34,342 nt of DNA from Candidatus Thiovulum karukerense (GCA_024281215.1 JAMJTX010000026.1:1-34342); one strand, 5' to 3'; shown: positions 10,468 to 20,247, counted from the first letter of the stretch. Program-made: numbers and translations. The notes: generated by a model from the sequence alone, not told the origin.

Positions 10468-12135
10468 ATGAAGAAGTTCCTGAATATAATTAACTTATCT
10501 CTCTTCTCTATTTTTATACTCCTATCAGGTTGTAATGTAGCTGATAATATCAATAAAGATCTATTGGGTATTGAAGATGAAGATAACAGTAATCCTCCGC
10601 CATCTAATAGTGATGATAGTCAGCCTGATGATAGTAGTGATGATGACAACAGTAATCCTCCACCATCTAACAATGACAACAATCAATCTGATGATAGTAG
10701 TGATGATGACAACAGTAATCCTCCACCATCTAACAATGACAACAATCAACCTGATGATAGTAGCGATGATTCTAATATTACTAGCAATGGTGATTCAAAC
10801 CTTTCAAGCGGTTCTAACGATAATGATACCCAAGAGACTCCTATGGAGTGTGAGAGTGGTTACCATTTAGAGGGTGATACTTGTGTTGTTGATACAGTTA
10901 CTTGCGATGACGATCAAATTCTTCAAAATGGTGAATGTGTTGATGTAACAACTACTTGTTCGACGGGTTATCACTTATCTGGTGGAACTTGTGTGCCTGA
11001 TAGTTCTGGTGGTTTAGATTATGTGGAGGTGGTTGAATTTAACCTTTCACTACCTGAATATAACAACCAGAAAAGTATAGATATTATCATGCCAAAAAAT
11101 CATGAAAAAGTTGTTATTGTTCGTTCAAATCCTAAACAGACTGATATCAACCTAAAGATGCAACTTCATCAATTTACTAACAATAGTGTAGTTGATGCAA
11201 TGCTTCAGGCTGAAGGTTCTCCAATCGTTGCACAGAACTATGATTATGGAGTCATTTTTACATCTGGAGATGCCATAGGTAAAGATGAGTTCCAATTGAC
11301 CCTTGAGAACGATACAGGATTTAGCGATAGTGTATATATCAATATGCAGGTTATTGATCAGATAACTTTAACTAAGGCACGAGATAAATATACTGTTGTA
11401 ACAGATGGAGATGCTGTAAATATAGTTATTGGGGGCTACAATGCTTTAAATAATCCTCTTGAGTTTGAAATTGTTGATTTAACCCAGATTAACAATGAGA
11501 AAAATCTTGCAATTGTTGTTAATGGCTCAAGAATCTTCAATACAGATACAGTTGATGGAGTTGATTTCAACTTTTCAGTTAGAGGTCTTGAAGATTGGAA
11601 AGAGAGTGTTGAGATTAAAGTTAAAGATAGAAGTACAGGAACAACTGAATCACTATTCTTAACTATTGAGTCTGCAAAACGAAGTACTGCTATCTATGAA
11701 GATCTAGAAGAGTGTAATGAAGATTACAATAGAAACTACTTTGAGGCAACTAGTGATAGCAACACTCCTCAATCTCCAGATGGAATATATAGTTCTGACA
11801 ATGCGATATACTTAAAATCGACTTACAATATGGACTATGATATAGGTAATACATTCTCAACTGTTATGGTATTCCATCCAACAAATGGTCAATACTCTTA
11901 TGATAGCTATGCACGAGAGACAATATCTAATTTAGATACTGGAAAAAGGATAGCTACTATATACTATGCAAACTACCTTCAAGGAATGGATTACTTTGTT
12001 AAGTACTACAATGAGGATAAGAACCAAGTTGTATGTGAGAGACGAACATTCCCTGTAATTAGTGCAGCTCCAATTGAAGACTGGGAGAGCGGACTCTATA
12101 CTCCGACTGAGTCAGAAATTCCTTCTATCTTCTAG
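10468..12135 (+). CDS. Lipoprotein with Asp/Asn/Pro/Ser repeat stalk, Cys-pair repeats and beta-rich domains
   Basis: Start moved to ATG 10468, giving MKKFLNIINLSLFSIFILLSG-C with lipobox LSGC; 3x21-aa repeats and 3x C-x10-C-V repeats follow. Confidence 0.85.
   Translation: MKKFLNIINLSLFSIFILLSGCNVADNINKDLLGIEDEDNSNPPPSNSDDSQPDDSSDDDNSNPPPSNNDNNQSDDSSDDDNSNPPPSNNDNNQPDDSSDDSNITSNGDSNLSSGSNDNDTQETPMECESGYHLEGDTCVVDTVTCDDDQILQNGECVDVTTTCSTGYHLSGGTCVPDSSGGLDYVEVVEFNLSLPEYNNQKSIDIIMPKNHEKVVIVRSNPKQTDINLKMQLHQFTNNSVVDAMLQAEGSPIVAQNYDYGVIFTSGDAIGKDEFQLTLENDTGFSDSVYINMQVIDQITLTKARDKYTVVTDGDAVNIVIGGYNALNNPLEFEIVDLTQINNEKNLAIVVNGSRIFNTDTVDGVDFNFSVRGLEDWKESVEIKVKDRSTGTTESLFLTIESAKRSTAIYEDLEECNEDYNRNYFEATSDSNTPQSPDGIYSSDNAIYLKSTYNMDYDIGNTFSTVMVFHPTNGQYSYDSYARETISNLDTGKRIATIYYANYLQGMDYFVKYYNEDKNQVVCERRTFPVISAAPIEDWESGLYTPTESEIPSIF
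10576..10770 (+). repeat. 63-bp coding tandem repeat, about 3 copies (DDNSNPPPSNNDNNQxDDSSD)
   Basis: AACAGTAATCCTCC recurs at 10585, 10648 and 10711 (period 63); copies 2 and 3 are nearly identical. Confidence 0.95.
10849..10995 (+). repeat. Three 18-aa Cys-pair repeats
   Basis: CESGYHLEGDTCV / CDDDQILQNGECV / CSTGYHLSGGTCV separated by 5-aa Thr/Val/Asp linkers. Confidence 0.85.
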
Positions 12136-12153
12136 TTCCGTAGGAGAAAATTC

Positions 12154-15132
12154 ATGAAATATCTATTCACTCTATTGGCTTTAGCAACCTCCCTTTTTGG
12201 GAGGGACTTCACTGTTACAACAAGTGAAGAACTCTACTTTGCTCTTAAAAGTGCAGAAAACAATCTTGAAGATGACACAATTACTCTAAAAAAGGGTCGC
12301 TACATTGCAACGGATAAACATCTTTTTGTCTATGAGTCTAGTGAGAATTTTGACTTAACACTTGAAGCTGAGTCTGGAGCAAGAAGAAGTGATGTGGTCA
12401 TTGATGGAAATGGCTTGTCTTCTGTTCTAACCTTTCGTAATGAGACATATAAGATTATTGTCAATATTCTAAATATAACGATACAGAATGGAGATACAGC
12501 TGAACAGGGTGGTGGTATTCTTATGGATAACATAGGGGAACTAAACCTTGATGGTGTAACAGTTGCTTATAATAAGTCAAAGTATGATGGTGCTGGTGTC
12601 TATAATTTAGGAACAGTTATTGTTAATGAGTCAATTATTGCTAGAAATGAGTCTTTGAGAGGAGTTGGTGGAGGTGTTTTTACGGGTCGTAATGCAATTA
12701 TAAAACTCTCGCAAATATCTTACAACAAATCCTATAAACACGGTGGTGGAGTGTTTAGTACAAAAACAGCTCTTGTCAAAGATTCAACAATATCATACAA
12801 CCAGAGTAGTTATGGTGGAGCATTCTATGGTCTCTCAAAGCTTAAAGCGACACAATCTATATTTACAAACAATAGTGCTAAATATGATGGTGGGGCAATT
12901 AAATGCGATAAAGTTCGCCTTTTTGATGTAAATCTTTCCAACAATAGTGCTAATAACTATGGTGGTGCTATCTATTCAACAAGAGTCAATCTTGATGATT
13001 CAAGCCTTTTTGAGAATAGTGCGAAATATGGTGGAGCTATTCTTTCAGATGAGATCGAGATAAAAGGTGGTTCGATATTTAAGAACTCCGCAGATTATAG
13101 TGGGGGTGCTTTAAAGGGTGTTAATGTAATAGTGAAAGATGCAAATCTTTCATACAACACTAGCAGAAGAGATGGTGGAGCGATTGAGACCACTCAAGCT
13201 ATCATATCAAATAGTGAGCTATCTGATAATAGCAGTAAAAAGGGTGGAGCTATTTTTGGCAAACGAGTCACAATTACAAACTCTACTTTTAATCGAAACA
13301 GGTCAGCTATAAGTGGTGGAGCTGTTAAAGGTTACGATCTTAAAATTCGTTATACCACTATGTGCGAAAATCGATCTGAGAAGTTTGGAGGGGCTATTGA
13401 TGGAGTTGATGTTACAGTTACAAACTCAAATCTTTCCAAAAATGTCAGCTATAAAGGTGGTGCTATCTACTCTCCGCACACATCAAAGCTTGATTTAACA
13501 AACTCCCTTATGTTTTACAATAAAGCATACTATGGAGGAGCACTGTTTGGTAATGTAAAGATTTTTAACTCTCTTCTACTTAATAACTATGCTAAAGGAA
13601 TGACTCTCTATGGTAAAGGAACTCTTATTAACAATGTTATTAAGAACTTTACTGCACCAGATGTAGCTTCTCAAGAGATATTTATGACAGGGAATCTTAA
13701 GCTAGAGAACAACTATCTCAATATGGGTAACATCTATAACTATCAGATGTATAAACTCAAAAGAAAAGGGAATCTGCCACTAAGTCAATTAGAGGAGGTT
13801 GAAGATCTATCGAGTGTATTTGGAGAACAGTCTCATATAGCTTCAGTTGGACTATCCGTAGATTTTAGATCTAGTTGTGAAGAGATTTTTAATGTGAAAA
13901 ATGCATATGAATCTCTTTTAGAGAATGCTCTTATCGATGTTAATGGTGATGATGATAATGATACTATCGTTACGATGAAGCGAGATGATAGAGGTGCTGA
14001 AAGAAGCTCAATGTTAGCAGATATTAGTGATTTGATGGTTGAGGGTGACCAGAAAGTCTTTAATGAACTATACCTTGTTGTGATTGTTAGAAGTGGAAAA
14101 CATAGAGTCGAAAAATATTTTATCGATTTTGACGAGGGTCGAGGTTATGAAGAGATTAGAGGAAATTCTGTAAATCACCGTTTTCATAACTCTGGAATTA
14201 AAGATATAAAAGTTAAGATTGTTGATAGTGCAGGCAATATTGTTGAAAGAGAGTTTCCAGTAGATATATATGAACTATCTCAAGATGAGTTCCGAGAACT
14301 GTTGAGCGATACTGAGACACGAGAGTATCTTGAAAACATAAGTAAAGGTGTTCTAAATGTTGCAGAGGATATGAATGGCTCAAAATATAGTTCTGCGGTT
14401 GGTCTCTTTAATAGAAGTAGTGGTGATAGTGAATATCTAAAAAGAAGGTATGGGGCTTTATTGAGTGAGTTAAACTCTGAGAGTGCTTCAAGTAATGAGT
14501 TTAATATCTCGAAGATGGTACAGTTTAATAATGGTGTCAATGAGGTTAAAGAGTATATCCTTAGTAACTTGGAGGAGTTTAACTTAGTCTCTCGCGAGGA
14601 GTCAAAAGATGCTATTGAGAATGCTAAGAAGTATATAGTTGAGAATCCATCAGAGTTCAATCTCACAAGTTTCAGAAACTATGAAGAGATTATTATCGAT
14701 ATCCAACATCAAATTATGTCAAATCTTGATGAGTATAACTTAACCCATAAAAAGAACTTAGATGTTGCATATAGTGAAGGACAAGAGAAAGTTATAAGCA
14801 ACCCGAAAGCATTCAACCTTATGAGTATGAACGACCTTCAGGGTGAAATGAGAAAACTTACTGATAAGATTAAAGCAGATCCATCTAAATATGGCATTAA
14901 AGTTACCAGAGAAGTTGTTCAAAGTCTTGATAAAGGTTGGTCTCTTCTTGGAACTCTTGCTGAAATAGAAGATATATCAATATTTGACGGTGCAAAAATT
15001 GTTTGGATATTTGCCGAAGGTGAGTTTAAGGGGTATAGCCCTGATCCTGATGTCCGAAGGAAGATTCGGGGAGCATACTTTGAACTCTTTAGCCATGTTC
15101 CAAAAAATGCTGGAATCTGGCTCTATAAGTAA
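12154..15132 (+). CDS. Secreted beta-helix protein with Pmp-like GGA(I/L/V) repeats, PKD-like domain, NP-xx-F/Y repeats and C-terminal GW module
   Basis: SD AGGAG, signal MKYLFTLLALATSLFG, about 15 N-x-A/S-xx-GG(A/G)h repeats, PKD-like YFIDFDEG..HRFHNSG...VKIVDSAG, C-terminus KGWSLLG...VW...AGIWLYK. Confidence 0.85.
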   Translation: MKYLFTLLALATSLFGRDFTVTTSEELYFALKSAENNLEDDTITLKKGRYIATDKHLFVYESSENFDLTLEAESGARRSDVVIDGNGLSSVLTFRNETYKIIVNILNITIQNGDTAEQGGGILMDNIGELNLDGVTVAYNKSKYDGAGVYNLGTVIVNESIIARNESLRGVGGGVFTGRNAIIKLSQISYNKSYKHGGGVFSTKTALVKDSTISYNQSSYGGAFYGLSKLKATQSIFTNNSAKYDGGAIKCDKVRLFDVNLSNNSANNYGGAIYSTRVNLDDSSLFENSAKYGGAILSDEIEIKGGSIFKNSADYSGGALKGVNVIVKDANLSYNTSRRDGGAIETTQAIISNSELSDNSSKKGGAIFGKRVTITNSTFNRNRSAISGGAVKGYDLKIRYTTMCENRSEKFGGAIDGVDVTVTNSNLSKNVSYKGGAIYSPHTSKLDLTNSLMFYNKAYYGGALFGNVKIFNSLLLNNYAKGMTLYGKGTLINNVIKNFTAPDVASQEIFMTGNLKLENNYLNMGNIYNYQMYKLKRKGNLPLSQLEEVEDLSSVFGEQSHIASVGLSVDFRSSCEEIFNVKNAYESLLENALIDVNGDDDNDTIVTMKRDDRGAERSSMLADISDLMVEGDQKVFNELYLVVIVRSGKHRVEKYFIDFDEGRGYEEIRGNSVNHRFHNSGIKDIKVKIVDSAGNIVEREFPVDIYELSQDEFRELLSDTETREYLENISKGVLNVAEDMNGSKYSSAVGLFNRSSGDSEYLKRRYGALLSELNSESASSNEFNISKMVQFNNGVNEVKEYILSNLEEFNLVSREESKDAIENAKKYIVENPSEFNLTSFRNYEEIIIDIQHQIMSNLDEYNLTHKKNLDVAYSEGQEKVISNPKAFNLMSMNDLQGEMRKLTDKIKADPSKYGIKVTREVVQSLDKGWSLLGTLAEIEDISIFDGAKIVWIFAEGEFKGYSPDPDVRRKIRGAYFELFSHVPKNAGIWLYK

Positions 15133-16536
15133 GTGCAGAAGATATTTAAAGAGGTAACATCTCTTGATAAGAGATGTTACAAAGAACTCTTTCTCAGTGA
15201 AGATATTTTGATGGAGAGTGCAGGTCGCTCAATATCAGACTATATTCTGAAGAACTTTCCAAAACAATCAACTATCCTGATAATTTCAGGAGGTGGTAAT
15301 AATGGAGCCGATGGAGTTGTTGTTGCAAGACAGCTTCACAAAGATTATAGAGTTAAACTGTTTCTTGCTTCTCAGCCAAAGAGTGAGATAGGCAAACTTC
15401 AGCTAAAACGAGCATCAGCTGTTGGAGTTAAAATTGTTACAGAGGTAGAAGATAGTGATGTTGTTGTTGATGCTATTTTTGGGAGTGGCTTTCAGGGTGA
15501 GTTATCAGAAAAATATATAGACCTCATCAGTAGATTCAATTCGCTATCTGGATTTAAAATAGCTTGTGATCTACCATCAGGAGTAGATATTGATGGAGGC
15601 ATACCTTCAATAGCTACAAACTGTGATATCACTATAACGATGGGGGCTATGAAACTCTCTCTTCTATCTGATGAGGTCAAAGATTTAACTGGTTCAATAG
15701 TTGTGGCAGACTTAGGAGTCTCAAGAGCTATATATGAGACTCACTCTATCTACTCTCTTCTTGAGAAGAGTGATCTAAAACTACCAATTCGAAAGTCTCA
15801 ATATAGTCATAAAGGTAGTTTTGGACATAGTGCTATATTAAGTGGAGAGAAGAGTGGTGCATCTATTATATCTGGAACTGCATCTCTCCTTTTTGGCTCA
15901 GGACTTGTAACTTTAGTCTCTCAAAATGAGAGTCTCAATACTTCTTATGAGTTAATGAGTAGTCAAACAGTACCTGATAATAGCACAGTAATTATTGCAG
16001 GTATGGGACTGGGAAATAGCGGAATAGAGTATTTCAGAGACGAGATATTAAATAGCACTCTACCCATGCTTCTTGATGCAGATATTTTTCATCATCAAAT
16101 TATTAATGATATTCTTAAAAAACGACCATATAACTTAGTTATAACTCCACACCCAAAAGAGTTCCAGTCAATTTTAAAGGTTGTGTTCCATATAGAGTTA
16201 CCAATATCAGAGATAGTCAAAAAACGGATTGAATTAACAGAACTATTCTCACAAAGATTTCCAGATGTAGTTCTTCTATTAAAAGGTGCTAATCGAGTTA
16301 TAGCTTTTCAAGAGAGGCTATATTTTGATACTTTGGGAGATGTTAGTTTAGCAAAAGGTGGAAGTGGAGATATATTGGCAGGATTAATAGGTTCTCTTTT
16401 AGCTCAGGGTTATTCTCCTTTAGATGCAACAGTTTCAGGTTCATTGGCTCTTAGTCTTTTATCACAAAGATATAAGGGAGCAAACTACTCCCTCTCACCT
16501 AGTAGGATTTTAAATATGGTTGGCGAACTATTTTAA
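15133..16536 (+). CDS. nnr: Bifunctional NAD(P)H-hydrate epimerase/dehydratase
   Basis: LMESAG, GGGNNGADG, DAIFGSG, DLPSG (YjeF_N); SHKGSFG, ITPHPKEF, LLKGA, LAKGGSGDILAG (YjeF_C). Confidence 0.95.
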   Translation: MQKIFKEVTSLDKRCYKELFLSEDILMESAGRSISDYILKNFPKQSTILIISGGGNNGADGVVVARQLHKDYRVKLFLASQPKSEIGKLQLKRASAVGVKIVTEVEDSDVVVDAIFGSGFQGELSEKYIDLISRFNSLSGFKIACDLPSGVDIDGGIPSIATNCDITITMGAMKLSLLSDEVKDLTGSIVVADLGVSRAIYETHSIYSLLEKSDLKLPIRKSQYSHKGSFGHSAILSGEKSGASIISGTASLLFGSGLVTLVSQNESLNTSYELMSSQTVPDNSTVIIAGMGLGNSGIEYFRDEILNSTLPMLLDADIFHHQIINDILKKRPYNLVITPHPKEFQSILKVVFHIELPISEIVKKRIELTELFSQRFPDVVLLLKGANRVIAFQERLYFDTLGDVSLAKGGSGDILAGLIGSLLAQGYSPLDATVSGSLALSLLSQRYKGANYSLSPSRILNMVGELF

Positions 16537-17225
16537 AATTGAGTTAGTTCGGCTAGAATCTTCTCAACATTTCCTCTCGGATCTTCTGAGTTATAGATTG
16601 GACGACCAACAACTATATAATCTACATGTTGATTCTTTGCAACATATATATTACCAACTCTCTTTTGATCATCAGCACTCTCTCCAAAAGGTCGAATACC
16701 TGGAGTTAGAGTTAGGAAATCGTTAGATGTATGCTCTTTTATTATTTTACTCTCAAATACAGAAGCAACTACACCATCTATTCCTGCTTCAAAACTGTGT
16801 TGAGCGAGTTGAACTCCTTTTTTTGGAATAGGTTCATGATAGATCTCCATAAACTCTTTATTATCAAAAGATGTTAAAGCAGTTACGGCTAAAACTTTAG
16901 GACGACTCTCTCGCTTATTTAATCTCTCCATAACAGCACTCATTCCCCGTTTTCCAGCACTAGCATGGACATTAAACATATCTATACCAAGATCGGCAAT
17001 CTCTTCAGCAGCATCAGCCATTGTGTTAGGAATATCATATAGTTTTAAATCTAGAAATATCTTAAAGTTTGGATTAATACTCTTCAATTCATTGATAATA
17101 CTCTCTCCATCTCTAATGTAGCTTCTAAATCCAACCTTTAGCCATACATCAAAATCTTTAATCTCTTTCACGAGATCAATATTCTCAACTAGAGACGGTC
17201 TATCCAATGCAATACAGAGTTCCAT
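16533..17225 (-). CDS. pyrF: Orotidine-5'-phosphate decarboxylase
   Basis: IALD, LKVG, FLDLKLYDIPNT, VHASAG, TPGIRP, VVGRPI. ATG at 17225 follows SD AGGAG. Confidence 0.97.
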   Translation of the reverse strand: MELCIALDRPSLVENIDLVKEIKDFDVWLKVGFRSYIRDGESIINELKSINPNFKIFLDLKLYDIPNTMADAAEEIADLGIDMFNVHASAGKRGMSAVMERLNKRESRPKVLAVTALTSFDNKEFMEIYHEPIPKKGVQLAQHSFEAGIDGVVASVFESKIIKEHTSNDFLTLTPGIRPFGESADDQKRVGNIYVAKNQHVDYIVVGRPIYNSEDPRGNVEKILAELTQF

Positions 17226-17282
17226 ACACTCTCCTAACAATTAATTATTGGTATGATTGTATCAAAAATAGTTATTCACTTA

Positions 17283-18026
17283 TCAGTTCTCAACCCTCAA
17301 TAGGTGAACTCTAAACTTTATATAACCTAGAATATATAGAAAAATAGACTGAATTAATATATGCAACCAGTTAGACCTAGAGAGTTCATCTTGATCGAAG
17401 ATATGAAAATTGGGAACAACTATTGATAGATAGTCATATATAGTCTGCAACTGAAGATCATTTTTTATTTTGTAAGCATAGATATATAACTCATCAAGAC
17501 CATTTCCAAAGAAAAAGATTGTTAAAGAGTATATCATCGCTTTCAAGGCTGTTGTAAATTGAGCTAATGCTAGAAACAGTAATATCAAAACAGTTGAAGA
17601 TAGGATTGATAAACTTAACTGATAAGCTATTTTTACATCAACTTTATAGATTGCCATATAGATCTGATCTACAACCATAAAAAGAATAAACAGAGAGAGT
17701 ATGGTGGCTATTTGAGATAAAACAACTGATAAAAAATATAGACCTCTATTTAAACTGCTTGATAGAGGAAATATAAATATTCCACCATTTCGCTCTTTTC
17801 CTAAATATGAAAATAGCGAAAATATAGCTATTAGATGTAAAAGAGAACCTTGAATGGAGATAGTTACATCTCGAAAAAGACGAGAGTTACCATCTCCCAT
17901 ATCTATATGACTCACCCCTATTGAGATAGCAATTGAGACTATTGAAAGTATGATAAATAGAGTAATAGCTCTCTGTTTTACAAAAGATTTGTATAAAAAT
18001 AGGGTTAAAGCAAACACTCTACTCAT
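17283..18026 (-). CDS. ABC-2-type transporter permease (PilI/NosY-like), no ATPase in window
   Basis: About six hydrophobic segments, KERNGG..FPLS..LNR..YF loop, PNF near the C-terminus. ATG at 18026 overlaps the trpA stop. Confidence 0.65.
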   Translation of the reverse strand: MSRVFALTLFLYKSFVKQRAITLFIILSIVSIAISIGVSHIDMGDGNSRLFRDVTISIQGSLLHLIAIFSLFSYLGKERNGGIFIFPLSSSLNRGLYFLSVVLSQIATILSLFILFMVVDQIYMAIYKVDVKIAYQLSLSILSSTVLILLFLALAQFTTALKAMIYSLTIFFFGNGLDELYIYAYKIKNDLQLQTIYDYLSIVVPNFHIFDQDELSRSNWLHILIQSIFLYILGYIKFRVHLLRVEN

Positions 18027-18753
18027 TGATAATATTTTTAATCTTCTCTGCACTTTTTGTGATTCTTACTATCTTCTCTGAATGAGATATAGAGCTGTCT
18101 AACAGTATCTTTACAAAAGCACTTCCAACAATTACACCATCAACATCTCTACTCTTCTCTTTAGCACTCTCTTCATTAACTCCAAAACCGATGTATAGTT
18201 CATCTGTTGATGAGGTACGAATATCCTCTATAACTCTTTTTAGATCTTCTGTTTTACCACTTCCAGTAATTCCAGCATAAGCTACTAGATAGATAAATCT
18301 ACTTCTGTCACCTTTTAAGAGTTGAGATATCCTCTCTTTACTATCTGTTGGAGCGATAAATGGTATTAAGTCTCGACTATGATTATTGAACAACTCTCTA
18401 TATTGAAGAGCCTCTTCATATGGCAAATCAGGAATAATCAGTCCCTCAACACCTCGTCTTTTTAACTCAGGAATTAGGATTTCCATTTTTTGATTGTAGA
18501 AACTGTTAAAGTATCCCATAAGATAAGTATCAATAGGTGAACTCTCAGCAAGATTGAGAACATCAGCAAATTTAACACCATTTTTAAGAGCTAAACCATT
18601 AGCCTTTTCAATCACTTCACCATCAGCCACAGGATCAGAGAATGGAACACCAAGCTCAAGAGTATCAACACTTGTTTTTAGCGAGGAGATAAGATCTTTT
18701 GTAAATTCAATATCTGGATAACCAGTTGTTAAGTATGCTACAAGCTTTTTCAT
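18019..18753 (-). CDS. trpA: Tryptophan synthase alpha subunit
   Basis: YLTTGYP, ELGVPFSDPVADG, IIPDLP, GITG, IGFG, DGVIVGSA. ATG at 18753 after AAGGA. Confidence 0.97.
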   Translation of the reverse strand: MKKLVAYLTTGYPDIEFTKDLISSLKTSVDTLELGVPFSDPVADGEVIEKANGLALKNGVKFADVLNLAESSPIDTYLMGYFNSFYNQKMEILIPELKRRGVEGLIIPDLPYEEALQYRELFNNHSRDLIPFIAPTDSKERISQLLKGDRSRFIYLVAYAGITGSGKTEDLKRVIEDIRTSSTDELYIGFGVNEESAKEKSRDVDGVIVGSAFVKILLDSSISHSEKIVRITKSAEKIKNIINE

Positions 18754-18849
18754 CACGAATCCTTGAGTTTTTTTGCAAGGATAACTAAAATAATCTCTAT
18801 TAAGTGTTTTAAAATTTCTCATCAGCTTTACTATATATATAAATTTCAG

Positions 18850-18861
18850 TAAAATTCCGCC
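18850..18861 (+). promoter_or_regulatory. Probable sigma70 -10 box with GC-rich discriminator for rpmB
   Basis: TAAAAT followed by TCCGCC, about 30 nt upstream of the rpmB ATG, with SD GAGGA. Confidence 0.45.
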
Positions 18862-18881
18862 TAAAAATTGAGGATAGTCTT

Positions 18882-19070
18882 ATGGCAAGAAGATGTGAAA
18901 TCAGTGGCAAAGGTCCTATGTCAGGAAATAATGTTAGCCATGCAAACAACAAAACAAAGAGAAGATTTTTACCAAACTTAAGAAGTGTAAAAATTACTCT
19001 TGAAGATGGAACTACTAGACGAGTAAAAATGTCTGCAAAAGAGTTAAGAACTCTAAAGAAAAAAGGTTAA
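18882..19070 (+). CDS. rpmB: 50S ribosomal protein L28
   Basis: [29 protein letters not shown]. Confidence 0.98.
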   Translation: MARRCEISGKGPMSGNNVSHANNKTKRRFLPNLRSVKITLEDGTTRRVKMSAKELRTLKKKG

Positions 19071-19107
19071 TTCTTACACTTAGTTACCGCTGGAAAATAA
19101 CTAACAA

Positions 19108-20247
19108 GTGAAGATAGCTAAAAGCTTTCTCGAATTTATAGAGAAGCGAAATCAACACAAGACAAAAGAGGATATTTTCCTCGATCAGGCTCTATATTAT
19201 GAGTTGAGACACTTTCGACTCCCTATGATAATAACCGTGCTGACTATGTTGTTTGGCACACTTGGTTATGTTGTTATCGACGATTTCTCCCTTCTTGATG
19301 CAATCTATCAAACAGGTATAACCTTTACAACTGTTGGTTTTGGAGAGATCGCCCCTGTGTCTCCAATGGGTCGAATATTTACAATTACTCTTATTATTGT
19401 TGGTTTTGCTGTCTTTACCCTTGCGGTGGGGACAGTGGTTAATGTAATAACAAATGGAGAGATTACAAACATTGTAAAGGTGAGAAAAATGCTTCACAAA
19501 ATTGCAAGAGTAAAAAGACACTTTGTTCTCTACTACTTAAATGACTATACAATAGAGATAGCCGAAAACCTACGACGAAATCATATCCCGTTTGTAGTTA
19601 TAGACCCAAGTCCAGATCTTGAAGAGAGGGCTAAAAGACTTAAATTTCCATACTATTTTCAGGCTGAACCCCATACAGAGATTGCGATTAAACGAGCAAA
19701 TCTTGGAATGGCTAGAGGTGTTATTACTCTATCCGAAAAAGAGGCTGATAATATCGCCCTCATAGTATCTGTTCGACTATTTGAGCAAGAGTATCGCAAA
19801 AATAGACCTTTTCAAGTAATTACCAGCTCAAAAAGCTCAATGAGTGCAGATAAGCTTAGAAAACTTGGAGCTGACAGTGTGGTTGTGCCAACAACTTTAA
19901 CAGCACAAAGAATTAGTACTATGGCAGTTAGTCCAGATCTTGAAAATCTTCTTGAGAGCTTTCTATACTCTAATGATACAGCTCTTGATATGGAAGAGGT
20001 ATTTGTTCCAAAATATAGCTGGATTGTTCTTCAGAGGCTTAAAGATCTAAGGCTAAAGAGTTTAGCAAATGTCTCTGTTGTCGGACTACGAAATAAAGAG
20101 GGTGGCTTTTTAGCTATGCCTAAACGAGATGTTCTTATAACTGCTGAGTCTTATCTTCTATTGATTGGAAAGATTAAAGATCTTAAATATGCAAAACGAA
20201 TAATAAATAGAACTGAAGCTCCTGTTGAGTTTAAACTGATGTCTTAA
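19108..20247 (+). CDS. Two-TM potassium channel with RCK (TrkA-N/TrkA-C) domains
   Basis: Selectivity filter TTVGFGE flanked by TM helices, then RCK domain (FVVID, DNIAL, KLRKLGADSVV). Confidence 0.9.
   Translation: MKIAKSFLEFIEKRNQHKTKEDIFLDQALYYELRHFRLPMIITVLTMLFGTLGYVVIDDFSLLDAIYQTGITFTTVGFGEIAPVSPMGRIFTITLIIVGFAVFTLAVGTVVNVITNGEITNIVKVRKMLHKIARVKRHFVLYYLNDYTIEIAENLRRNHIPFVVIDPSPDLEERAKRLKFPYYFQAEPHTEIAIKRANLGMARGVITLSEKEADNIALIVSVRLFEQEYRKNRPFQVITSSKSSMSADKLRKLGADSVVVPTTLTAQRISTMAVSPDLENLLESFLYSNDTALDMEEVFVPKYSWIVLQRLKDLRLKSLANVSVVGLRNKEGGFLAMPKRDVLITAESYLLLIGKIKDLKYAKRIINRTEAPVEFKLMS

Noticed and set aside
10260-10468. Frameshift at the G8 tract fusing the small ORF to the lipoprotein
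   Set aside because: The lipoprotein frame has a TGA before 10393, and the lipoprotein has its own signal peptide.
10576-10770. Direct repeats as a possible CRISPR array
   Set aside because: The units are contiguous, in-frame and lack unique spacers; no cas genes are present.
19080-19104. TTAGTTA/TAACTAA inverted repeat between rpmB and the K+ channel
   Set aside because: AT-rich 7-bp stem with a long loop and no U tract; too weak to call.
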